Position numbers and translations under genes: made by a program. A stretch of DNA of 64,000 nucleotides from Bdellovibrionota bacterium (GTDB lineage: Bacteria; Bdellovibrionota_C; UBA2361; CALJRW01): positions 1 to 64,000 of the forward strand of contig JBGSMD010000064.1 in the NCBI GenBank assembly GCA_041740355.1, written 5' to 3'. Below, one piece after another: positions 21,434 through 29,558 of the stretch (position 1 is its first letter; each line of letters opens with the position of its first letter). The notes under the pieces are model-generated. The model saw only the letters and a program-made list of their open reading frames with translations. It was not told where the DNA came from and did not search any database.

Positions 21434-22171
21434 CTAAAATTTATTTATAAAAATTACTTTTGAAGATTTCACTTTAGTTTCCATGTTATCCAGTAATAAC
21501 AAGCGATATTCGGATTGTTGTCTACTAGCAGTTAATGGATCACTGCGATCATTCTTACTTTCTGCTTTCATTTCTTGATCATCCATCATTAAGGAATGGG
21601 ATAACACTGAACGACGAACCAGAAGTTCGAAACAACAAGCGATTAAAACAATTCCTGTTAGCAAACCAAATAATTCATAAAAATTATTTAAGGGATAGCT
21701 TTTAGCTTGGCTCCAAGAAATTGGTAGGTAAAATATAAATGGAATAGCCATCAAAGGTATCAGAAACAGCTTAAAAAATTCCTGTTTAAAATGTTTCAGT
21801 TTGCCCTTGAAAACACTGAGTGGATTAAACTTGTTAAATTCACACAAGTTTTCACGATGGCTAATTTGAAACCTTCGTAAAAATAAATCTGTCAAAAGCA
21901 AAGACACACAAGCTACTAGCATGGCACCAAAAAAAATTTGAGTTAATAAACAGGCTAATTGGAGGATGTTATCGATTTGATAAAGACTTAAATTGCCTAA
22001 GCTGGATTTTAACAATTTTTGAATAGTTACCCAATAGAGATTTAATCCTTCAAAAACTAGATAACAGCTTAAAAGTAATAATAAGCACCCGCGAGTTGTA
22101 AAATAATGTAAAAACTGTCCGTTGCGATTAGCTTTTTGTAGTTTTTTAAGACTAGGTGCATGTTGTTTCAT
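21434..22171 (-). CDS. SctU/FlhB export switch protein, N-terminal part (TM + CN) only
   Basis: PSLKKLQKANRNGQ start, TM segments, LMMDDQEMKAESKNDRSDP (MSKQEVKDE.K..EGDP consensus); ends KVIFINKF where VVITNPTH is expected. Confidence 0.82.
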   Translation of the reverse strand: MKQHAPSLKKLQKANRNGQFLHYFTTRGCLLLLLSCYLVFEGLNLYWVTIQKLLKSSLGNLSLYQIDNILQLACLLTQIFFGAMLVACVSLLLTDLFLRRFQISHRENLCEFNKFNPLSVFKGKLKHFKQEFFKLFLIPLMAIPFIFYLPISWSQAKSYPLNNFYELFGLLTGIVLIACCFELLVRRSVLSHSLMMDDQEMKAESKNDRSDPLTASRQQSEYRLLLLDNMETKVKSSKVIFINKF

Positions 22172-22803
22172 CAGATCATCCCGCTAGTGATAATCAGCAA
22201 AACAATCATTATAGTAAAAAAGATTTCGGTAAAAAATGAACTTTGAGGGTACAATTTACTTACAAACATAAAAAAAACCTGAATTATCAAAAAACAGATC
22301 ACAATCGGAACTAACAAATGAAATCCAATACTTAATGAAGCTAAACTTACATCCGCAATCTGTTGCGCAAGGTTCTCAACAGATACAAAATTTGAAAAAC
22401 TGTTATCTAATTGTTTAAATATCTCTAATAATAAGTTCTGTTCTAAAAAAACTATCAATAGAATCAACTTAATCCCTTGGGCTAATTGCTGACTGCTAGC
22501 AAACTCATCAGCACCAAAAAAAATGGCATAATTCATTCCACGTAAATTTTCACTTATCTCAAAGTAGATTAACAAACTCCAAAAGCTAGCTAATAAACTA
22601 AAGCTAATAGTTATTCCAATAATAAAGTTATAAAAAAATCCTAGCGATGCAATTGGTAAAGTTGTATTACAATTAAGAAAATATTGGCTAAAAATCAAAC
22701 TTAAGATTGCTCGTCCTATTAAACCTGAGGCATTTAAATTATATGGTATTAATAATAGTGATCCATAAACTCTAATATAAATTGCCCAAAATTCAGGTAA
22801 CAT
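22171..22803 (-). CDS. SctT/FliR-like export gate protein (divergent)
   Basis: Hydrophobic protein between the SctS-like and SctU-like genes; ISENLRG and SKLYPQ match the D..RG and R..PQ motifs. Confidence 0.72.
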   Translation of the reverse strand: MLPEFWAIYIRVYGSLLLIPYNLNASGLIGRAILSLIFSQYFLNCNTTLPIASLGFFYNFIIGITISFSLLASFWSLLIYFEISENLRGMNYAIFFGADEFASSQQLAQGIKLILLIVFLEQNLLLEIFKQLDNSFSNFVSVENLAQQIADVSLASLSIGFHLLVPIVICFLIIQVFFMFVSKLYPQSSFFTEIFFTIMIVLLIITSGMI

Positions 22804-23064
22804 TCAGACTCCACCAATTAGAATAACCTGCTCTAAGCATCGTTCAACGAATATGCAAAAATTTGAATTCCAAGTTGGGAAAAAAATTATAATTGTAATT
22901 CCTGCGACTACTATCTTAATCAAAAAAAGAAATGTTTGTTCTTGTAATTGAAATAGTGTCAAAATAAAATTTAAAATTAAGCTAACCGTCGCGATTAAAC
23001 CTAAGGGCCAAATCAATCCAGTGAGCAAAAGATTTAGTGCTTCGGATAAAATCTTACTTAACAT
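22804..23064 (-). CDS. SctS/FliQ-like export gate protein
   Basis: 86 aa, two TM helices, QLQEQTFLFLIKI (QIQEQTL.F..K consensus). Confidence 0.82.
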   Translation of the reverse strand: MLSKILSEALNLLLTGLIWPLGLIATVSLILNFILTLFQLQEQTFLFLIKIVVAGITIIIFFPTWNSNFCIFVERCLEQVILIGGV

Positions 23065-23709
23065 TTAAGCATAAGATAAAAACAATGACTTAAAAATTAA
23101 TTGCCAAAAATCTAGCCCAACAATTAAGAGAATTTTGAGTGGCAATGACAATAAAATTGGACTAAACATCATCATGCCTAGTCCAGCTAAGAAATTGGCA
23201 ATCAAAAAATCTATTATTAAAAATGGTAAAAGCACCATCAGGCCCATTTGGAAAGCTTCGTTAAGTTCACTTAAGATAAATGCAGTAATAATAAGAAATA
23301 ACCCATCTTCCTGCAGATTAACGCTAGGTCCATTTTCCGCTCTTAGGTTTTTAAGAAAAAGGAGTTCCTCCGCTCCAGCGTGTTTAGTGACAAACTCCTT
23401 CCAAGGTTCCATAGCAGGAGTGAATTTTTTTAAAATATCGGAAATTGTTTGCTCTTCTAATTTTCCTGCAAACAATTCATTAGAGCTAAGTAGTTTACCA
23501 GATTTATCCCAAACAGGTTCCATTACCATCAGACTAATCGCTAATGAGATTGTTCCAATAATAACTCCTGAGGGTACTTGTTGCGCACCAATGGCATTTT
23601 TAAAAAGATTTAATACAATATTAACTTTTAGATATGCAGTGCCGATCACTACCAAGAAAGGGAAAATTGCCAAACAAACTGATAATAACAAAACATTCGA
23701 ATTATTCAT
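23065..23709 (-). CDS. SctR/FliP-like export gate protein
   Basis: TAYLKVNIVL, NAIGAQQVP, AFILSELNEAFQMG, PFLIIDF, LGMMMFSP, SLPLK; probable start is the ATG at 23709, overlapping the upstream stop. Confidence 0.9.
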   Translation of the reverse strand: MNNSNVLLLSVCLAIFPFLVVIGTAYLKVNIVLNLFKNAIGAQQVPSGVIIGTISLAISLMVMEPVWDKSGKLLSSNELFAGKLEEQTISDILKKFTPAMEPWKEFVTKHAGAEELLFLKNLRAENGPSVNLQEDGLFLIITAFILSELNEAFQMGLMVLLPFLIIDFLIANFLAGLGMMMFSPILLSLPLKILLIVGLDFWQLIFKSLFLSYA

Positions 23710-24475
23710 TTTGTAAATTGAATGTTTGATAGCCGAGTCCTTTGAGTGCTGCTTGTAAATATTGTTTTTGACCAAGCCACCAATTATAATCGCTATGTAC
23801 AGCAACTCTAAGTGTTAAATTACCCTCTAGATCTAACTCTAATGCAAATGCTTGTTCTCCACGACTTTTAGATTGATAAAGAAGTTCTAGTTTCTGTTGG
23901 TTTTGATCCTGCCTAACATTAAGATATTTTGTGGGCTGTTTTCTGGAATCTTGATTATCACCTGCTGGAACAAAATGGTTATTAGAATTTATTACTAATG
24001 AATCACGAACGATGCTTGAATCTAATAAATGTTTAATTTGATCTTTGGCCAACGAGATATCTTCAACTGTTTGACTTTTCAGCTCAGCATTTTTTGGATT
24101 TAAAAAATTTTGTATTTGGGAATGCTTCGGATTGTTATTCAAAATTTCTTCGGTTGATATTTGTAGTAAGCTTATATTAGGATTTGATTGATCTTTACAA
24201 ATTACCCTGGAATTTTGAATGTTAGGAAATAAAACTCTTTGATTATTTAATTGTATTTCAGGTTGATTCCGAAATTTAGAACTGTCCCTTCTACTTATTT
24301 CCATTCTTGCTATGTCTGGCTGAACTTTCGCTGAATTAAGAAAATTTCTGATCAGTCTGCTTACTCCAGAAGGACTTGCTAATCTATAATCAACTGGTAA
24401 ATTCAAACCAAATCTGAGGCCTTCAATCATACTTGTTACTAAAGATTGTGAAGGTATTACTGGGCTATTTTTCAT
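23702..24475 (-). CDS. Hypothetical protein, possibly SctP/FliK-like length-control protein
   Basis: Low-complexity N/Q-rich body; C-terminal beta-beta-alpha pattern ending LQAALKGLGY resembles a T3S4/FliK_C domain; coupled to neighbours in the operon. Confidence 0.45.
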   Translation of the reverse strand: MKNSPVIPSQSLVTSMIEGLRFGLNLPVDYRLASPSGVSRLIRNFLNSAKVQPDIARMEISRRDSSKFRNQPEIQLNNQRVLFPNIQNSRVICKDQSNPNISLLQISTEEILNNNPKHSQIQNFLNPKNAELKSQTVEDISLAKDQIKHLLDSSIVRDSLVINSNNHFVPAGDNQDSRKQPTKYLNVRQDQNQQKLELLYQSKSRGEQAFALELDLEGNLTLRVAVHSDYNWWLGQKQYLQAALKGLGYQTFNLQNE

Positions 24476-24762
24476 TGATTAGCCTGTACTTTTCTTAAAG
24501 TTTGTAACAGACCTTCCGCCGTCTTACTTAGCATTTCAATTCGCAAATGATAATTGCTAGCTTGAATTTGATACAGAATTAAATCCTGTGAGGAAAGAGT
24601 TTGTGTCGCTATCTTTTCGAAGGAAAAGCTACGATCTAAACCTAGTTTTTCAGTGAAACTTTGAATCAGATCATAAAATTTTTCTTGATTTATTGGTGCT
24701 AAGCTTTCACTGGAGGTAATAGCGACCTCGGGCCGAGGGTTTATTTCCGTAATATTCATCAT
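24472..24762 (-). CDS. SctI (inner rod)-like protein
   Basis: 96 aa; C-terminal SSQDLILYQ....YHLRIEMLSKTAE.....LRKV resembles the EscI/YscI helix pattern. Confidence 0.55.
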   Translation of the reverse strand: MMNITEINPRPEVAITSSESLAPINQEKFYDLIQSFTEKLGLDRSFSFEKIATQTLSSQDLILYQIQASNYHLRIEMLSKTAEGLLQTLRKVQANQ

Positions 24763-24819
24763 AATCAGTACCTTCTGTAGATAACTGACTATTATTCGAA
24801 GATACTTAACTAAAGTTGC

Positions 24820-25200
24820 TTAGTTCTTTTTTGAATTTTTACTTTCGATCATCAATGCTAAGATTGCGGCATTAAAGTCTTTTTGCTGACGGATAAAGTC
24901 TTTGAGGAAAAATTTGATAATTGGAGCAATTAGTTTTTTTAGTGAAACAATGATTGGTCCGATTATTTTACGATGAGAAGTAATTTGTTGATTTCTTAAA
25001 TCTACATCCCAAAGCTGACAAGCTGTACGAAGTTTATCTAGGAAGGGAGCTGTTATTTCGGAAGAATTTAATTTTAATTCAAAAGTTAATGCTTCTAGGT
25101 ATTTTTTTTGGTCCCAGGTGTATTCGATTTGAGAGATACGGTTTTGGATTTTGGATTCAAGCTGGAAGTTGGAATAGGTGGTATTGAGGAAGGTGGTCAT
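24820..25200 (-). CDS. Hypothetical protein
   Basis: 126-aa ORF; ITSHRKIIGPIIV.LKK...RQQKDFN pattern recalls coiled segments in polysaccharide-locus proteins. Confidence 0.6.
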   Translation of the reverse strand: MTTFLNTTYSNFQLESKIQNRISQIEYTWDQKKYLEALTFELKLNSSEITAPFLDKLRTACQLWDVDLRNQQITSHRKIIGPIIVSLKKLIAPIIKFFLKDFIRQQKDFNAAILALMIESKNSKKN

Positions 25201-25235
25201 GATCTATCAAATAACATTTAAGTACTCGAGTGTTG

Positions 25236-25362
25236 ATAATTCGCTACGCGAATTAAACGCACTCAGCTTAGTAGACTCCAACAGAAAAGTGCCAATAATT
25301 CGCTACGCGAATTAAACGCACTCAGCTTAGTAGACTCCAACGGAGTCTACTAAGCTGAGTGC
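25236..25362. repeat. 47-bp direct duplication plus 21-bp perfect hairpin at the tRNA 3' end
   Basis: ataattcgctacgcgaattaaacgcactcagcttagtagactccaac at 25236-25282 and 25295-25341; stem 25318-25338 pairs with 25342-25362. Confidence 0.9.
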
Positions 25363-25443
25363 CCGAAAGAGGACTTGAACCTCCACGACCTTGCGATCAC
25401 CAGACCCTTAATCTGGCGTGTCTACCAATTCCACCATTCGGGC
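25360..25443 (-). tRNA. tRNA-Leu, anticodon AAG
   Basis: GCCCGAATGGTGGAATTGGTAGACACGCCAGA-TTAAGGG-TCTGGTGATCGCAAGGTCGTGGAGGTTCAAGTCCTCTTTCGGGCA: class II cloverleaf with long variable arm, A73 discriminator, CCA not encoded. Confidence 0.95.
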
Positions 25444-25445
25444 TT

Positions 25446-25713
25446 ATATAGTAAGTCCAATAAGTAAATTTAAAAAACTAGCGATTTTGTTTGGACTCAC
25501 TATTTATGTTGTTTTTAAGTTATGTAAACTTGGATTTCCGCCGACGGTAAAGCTTTGGCGCGACAATAATCCAAGATTTACATTAGGCGTAATGACCATC
25601 TTTAATTTACTACCGTAAATTATTTTTTGTCATTAATATAGTAAGTCCAAAAAGTAATTTCCATTCGGAATTATTTTTTGGGGCTTACTATCCCCCGGAG
25701 GGATAACTATATA
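25446..25713. repeat. Family A hairpin units and a mini-element between tRNA-Leu and secG
   Basis: tatagtaagtccaa...ttggactcactat (25446-25503), tatagtaagtccaaaaagtaatttcc...ggggcttactatcccccggagggata (25637-25713), mini-element at 25537-25566. Confidence 0.8.
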
Positions 25714-25811
25714 TACCGTCCCCTCATCATTTTTGAAAATATCAAAGTTAATCAAGGAGGTTTTTACTTTGTTTTCTAGGGCAAAAAACGGCAACGCCAT
25801 TATTTTGCTCG

Positions 25812-25850
25812 CCAACGTCATTTATTGTTATTAAAAATAAATGACGTTGG
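25812..25850 (-). terminator. Hairpin immediately downstream of secG
   Basis: 15-bp stem ccaacgtcatttatt/aataaatgacgttgg. Confidence 0.55.
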
Positions 25851-25852
25851 GA

Positions 25853-26362
25853 TTAATCTACATTAGTAACTTCAGGTTGTTTAGCTTCTTCAACAACTGG
25901 TGCTACTGGTACTTCTACTTTAGCTTCAGGAATTATAACTTCAGGTACGGTACCTTCTGCTGAAACAACAGGAGCAATAGTAGTATCTGTTTTAGTAATT
26001 TCTTTTTTCATTTCAGCAGATTCTGCTGGCACAAGAGCTGGAACTTCAGGAGTTGTATCTTCCCCTTCATGAACTTGTGTATTAAGGATTGAACCTTCCA
26101 AGACATCCTTAGCAGAACTTTCTGTGTTAACAGACTGCTTCATGTAAAGATTAACTAACAAAATTGAAGTGACCATAAATGAAATTGCCATTCCAGTAGT
26201 CAATCGACCAATGAAGTTTGGAGCAGATCCTGCCCCAATTACAGAATCACTACTACTACCAAAAACGGCACCAGCCTCTGCACCTTTACCTTGTTGTAAA
26301 AGAACAAGACCAATAATAGCAGCACAAATAATAAGATGAATAACAAAGATTACTGAAAACAC
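25853..26362 (-). CDS. secG: Preprotein translocase subunit SecG with long acidic/Pro-rich tail
   Basis: LVLLQQGKGAEAGAVFG, two TM helices, RLTT motif. Confidence 0.93.
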   Translation of the reverse strand: MFSVIFVIHLIICAAIIGLVLLQQGKGAEAGAVFGSSSDSVIGAGSAPNFIGRLTTGMAISFMVTSILLVNLYMKQSVNTESSAKDVLEGSILNTQVHEGEDTTPEVPALVPAESAEMKKEITKTDTTIAPVVSAEGTVPEVIIPEAKVEVPVAPVVEEAKQPEVTNVD

Positions 26363-26371
26363 GATTTTCCT

Positions 26372-27151
26372 TTAATTAAAGATATTAACGTTTTGGTTAG
26401 ATTTTAGTTTATTATCAACTATTTCGATAAGTTTCAATGCCAAGTCTGAAAATTGCTGTGCAATAGGATTAGTAGGATTATTTGCAATTGGCTCACCGAC
26501 ATCCCCACCCTCTCTAATTGCGATATTTATTGGAAAGCTAGCTAAAACGGGGATTTTAAATTTTTCGGACAATTCTGCACCACCACCGGTTCCAAAAATA
26601 TTATAAACCTGCCCATCAGGTGCTGTAAATCCAGCCATATTCTCGATTAAACCAAGAACAGGAACATTTACCTTAGCAAACATATTAATTGCTTTGCGAA
26701 CATCGGCCATTGCGACTTCTTGCGGAGTTGTAACCATGAGTGCTCCAGTGATTTGCACCATCTGACAAAGTGATATTTGGGCATCCCCTGTTCCAGGTGG
26801 TAAATCAAGAATACAATAATCGACAGCACCCCAATTTACATCTTGGAATAATTGTTGCAAAGCTTTGGTAAACATTGGGCCACGCCAAATTATTGGATCG
26901 TCAGGGTTATTCAAAAAGAATGCCAGTGAAACGTATTTAACTCCAAACTTTTCCGCTGGAATTAAACGACCTTCATGATCAGTTTGAATCTTCCCTCCAC
27001 CCATTAAAGTAGGAACACTTGGTCCATACAAATCAGCATCAATCAGTGCAACCTTAGCTCCAGTTTTAGCGAGAGCTACGGCAAGATTTACGGCAACTGT
27101 GGATTTACCAACGCCTCCTTTCCCAGAGGCTACAGGGATAATTGACTTCAT
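26372..27151 (-). CDS. mrp: Mrp/NBP35 (ApbC) Fe-S carrier ATPase
   Basis: SGKGGVGKST, DADLYGPS, WRGPM, DLPPGTGD, VTTPQ, IENM. Confidence 0.9.
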   Translation of the reverse strand: MKSIIPVASGKGGVGKSTVAVNLAVALAKTGAKVALIDADLYGPSVPTLMGGGKIQTDHEGRLIPAEKFGVKYVSLAFFLNNPDDPIIWRGPMFTKALQQLFQDVNWGAVDYCILDLPPGTGDAQISLCQMVQITGALMVTTPQEVAMADVRKAINMFAKVNVPVLGLIENMAGFTAPDGQVYNIFGTGGGAELSEKFKIPVLASFPINIAIREGGDVGEPIANNPTNPIAQQFSDLALKLIEIVDNKLKSNQNVNIFN

Positions 27152-27155
27152 GATA

Positions 27156-27716
27156 TTACTGAGCCTCTATGACAGCTGCTGTTGGAGCCACTGGTAAAGC
27201 CGAAGTCTCGGTAGTTAATTTTGCTTCTAAAGCACGAATTTCATCTTTTTTCTTCTCAATTTCAGCAAGGATTTCTTCATTTGAAACGCCACGAGACTTT
27301 TTCGTCCAACTTCTCATTTCAACATTTACGTTAGCAGTATTACTTGGCACTCTCATCGTACGTGTGACTGATTTTTTGGCTGGGATACTTGCAGATGACC
27401 CAGTACGGCGAACAGATCTCCCATCAATATCTTTAGCTATTAATTCTAGACTTACTGTATATTGATCTTCAGTATTATTAAAAACTGTATACTCATATTC
27501 ATTAGAAGAAACTCTTTGCACGCTAGCAGTAAGTGGATTAAGTGTTGCTGAATCAAGACTATTTCCACCCGCTGGCCCATCTTGTGTCGCCTGACCCGCA
27601 GGAACATTTGTTGTAGCAGCTAACGTTCCAGATTTAGGCATGGAAGTTTCCTCAGATTGAGCAAAAGCTAATCCTGGCAAAATACAAAGTAAGAACAAAA
27701 AGACAATTTTTTTCAT
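27156..27716 (-). CDS. Exported hypothetical protein
   Basis: Signal peptide ending AFA, beta-rich middle, coiled-coil C-terminus. Confidence 0.7.
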   Translation of the reverse strand: MKKIVFLFLLCILPGLAFAQSEETSMPKSGTLAATTNVPAGQATQDGPAGGNSLDSATLNPLTASVQRVSSNEYEYTVFNNTEDQYTVSLELIAKDIDGRSVRRTGSSASIPAKKSVTRTMRVPSNTANVNVEMRSWTKKSRGVSNEEILAEIEKKKDEIRALEAKLTTETSALPVAPTAAVIEAQ

Positions 27717-27814
27717 TTTAATATTATTTAAATTTATTACCTAATGGTCTAAAAGTTAACGAGCAAGATACCGCTTGATATGCAATTTCTACTCTTATAT
27801 AAGCTTAGTATAAA

Positions 27815-28042
27815 CCCTCCGCAAATGAAATTTGTTGAGGGCGAGCGTAATCTTGGCCTAAGCCAAGTTACGCCGTAAAAGACAAAACTAATACTCACCG
27901 CCTATCAGCATAGGGTTTAGATGTTGTTTTCTACGGCAAAACCTGTCTTCCACCTTCGCTTAAGCTACGGCGGACAAGGCAACAGGATTTTGCTCGCTCA
28001 CCTTTCTTTTCATTTTTCTCAAAAATGGAAAGCGGTGAGTAT
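27815..28042. repeat. Structured intergenic repeat, family B, copy 2 (inverted, carries a mini-element)
   Basis: Matches the reverse complement of 4101-4296, with an extra ~30 nt at 27950-27980. Confidence 0.9.
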
Positions 28043-28096
28043 ATTATTGCTCCGTTAAACTATACAAGAAATACTTAAAAGGCAAAAGAAGAACTT

Positions 28097-28420
28097 ATGA
28101 GTACTGAATTTAGAATTGCATTAACTACTATTGGCAGTCTAGAAGAAGCAAAGCTGCTTTCTACCGCTATAATTGAAAAGAAATTAGCAACCTGTGTTAA
28201 TACTTTAAAAATAGAGAATTCTTGCTATCCTTGGGAGGGTAAAGTTAATAATGGTGAGGAAATGCTTCTTACAATTAAAACGACTAAGCACTTAATCTCA
28301 GAAATCTCCGATTTTCTCGATCAACACCACCCTTATAAAACATATTTTTTCACAGTCCTTACTCCAGAAAGTATTAATCATACTTATTTTGAATGGCTTT
28401 TAACAAACATCAAAAAATGA
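28097..28420 (+). CDS. cutA: Divalent-cation tolerance protein
   Basis: LATCVN, S.YPWEGK, E....IKT, HHPY. Confidence 0.85.
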   Translation: MSTEFRIALTTIGSLEEAKLLSTAIIEKKLATCVNTLKIENSCYPWEGKVNNGEEMLLTIKTTKHLISEISDFLDQHHPYKTYFFTVLTPESINHTYFEWLLTNIKK

Positions 28421-28968
28421 AATCTATAGCTGTATTAATCTCTGGTCGAGGATCAAACCTCCTAAACCTTTTAGAGAATGCTAAAAACTATAAAATTATT
28501 GCGGTCTACTCCAATCGTGCTGACGCCCTTGGCTTAGAACATGCCAAAAAATTTCAAATTCCCTACTTTGTTTTTGCTAAAGATCTAAATTTTACTTCTA
28601 AAGAACAAAAAATAAAACTATTTGAACATATAGAGAATTTAAATCCTGATTTAATTGCCTTGGCAGGATTTATGAGCATAGTACCTGCTACCTTTACTCA
28701 AAAATTTGCCCGTAGAATTATTAATATTCATCCTGCCCTATTACCTAAATTCCCAGGGCTTGATACTCATCAACGTGCAATCGATGCTAATGAAACAGAG
28801 CACGGCTGTACTGTTCATTATGTTGACGAAGGAATAGATACAGGAGAAATTATTGCCCAAGCAAGTTGTCAGGTACTACCTAATGATACCGAAGCAATAC
28901 TTGCAAGCAGAGTTCTCAAATTAGAACATGAGATATACCCAAAAGTTTTAAATAAAATTTCTGCTTGA
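28417..28968 (+). CDS. purN: Phosphoribosylglycinamide formyltransferase
   Basis: IAVLISGRGSNL, LAGFM, INIHPALLPKFPG, GCTVHYV, DTGEII; probable start overlaps the cutA stop (ATGA). Confidence 0.95.
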   Translation: MKSIAVLISGRGSNLLNLLENAKNYKIIAVYSNRADALGLEHAKKFQIPYFVFAKDLNFTSKEQKIKLFEHIENLNPDLIALAGFMSIVPATFTQKFARRIINIHPALLPKFPGLDTHQRAIDANETEHGCTVHYVDEGIDTGEIIAQASCQVLPNDTEAILASRVLKLEHEIYPKVLNKISA

Positions 28969-29558
28969 TGAAAAAACGCGTAATTATTCTTCATGGTTGG
29001 GATGGTCATCCAGAAAATGGCTGGTTTCCATGGCTAAAGCAAAAGTTAGAAAAAAGTAACTATCAAGTTATTGTTCCGCAACTTCCTAATACCGCAAATC
29101 CCAGAATCGAGAACTGGATTCCTGCAATTCAAGAGTTAGTTGGTATTGCCGATAATAATACATTTTTTGTCGGTCACAGCATGGGCTGTCAGGCAATTGC
29201 GCGTTACTTGGAAACATTACCTAAAGATGTTGTTGTTGGCGGTGCCGTGTTTGTCGCCGGGTTCTTTACGGCCTTAACTAATCTAGATCAACCAGAAGAA
29301 GTTGCTGAAACAGTCAGACACTGGTTAGACACGCCAATTGATTTTAAGAAGATTAAAAGTCATCTCCCAAAATCTACCGCTGTCTTTTCAAATGATGATC
29401 CTTGGGTTCCTTTATCAAACCAAGAAGCTTTCTCTAAAGATTTGGCAGCAGAAATAATAATAATTAAAAATGTTGGTCACTTTAGTGGGAATCGTGATGG
29501 TACTCTCGAACTACCAATAGTTCTGGAGATTTTAGAGCATTTTAATCCGACGGACTAA
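28965..29558 (+). CDS. RBBP9/YdeN family alpha/beta hydrolase
   Basis: ILHGW, WFPWL, GHSMG nucleophile elbow, SNDDPWV, GHF. Confidence 0.88.
   Translation: MMKKRVIILHGWDGHPENGWFPWLKQKLEKSNYQVIVPQLPNTANPRIENWIPAIQELVGIADNNTFFVGHSMGCQAIARYLETLPKDVVVGGAVFVAGFFTALTNLDQPEEVAETVRHWLDTPIDFKKIKSHLPKSTAVFSNDDPWVPLSNQEAFSKDLAAEIIIIKNVGHFSGNRDGTLELPIVLEILEHFNPTD

Noticed and set aside
23135-23716. 193-aa + strand ORF, and similar antisense ORFs inside guaA, ftsH, the RND permease, copA and the GH144-like gene
   Set aside because: Shadow ORFs opposite well-supported genes
23710-23805. Longer start for the SctR-like gene
   Set aside because: Would overlap the upstream gene by ~100 nt; ATG 23709 gives a typical size and coupling
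25236-25341. Possible CRISPR array (47-bp repeat, two copies)
   Set aside because: Only two copies, a 12-bp gap and no cas genes
25418-25821. ORFs 25418-25618 and 25633-25821
   Set aside because: They overlap the tRNA and family A repeats and show no protein-like features
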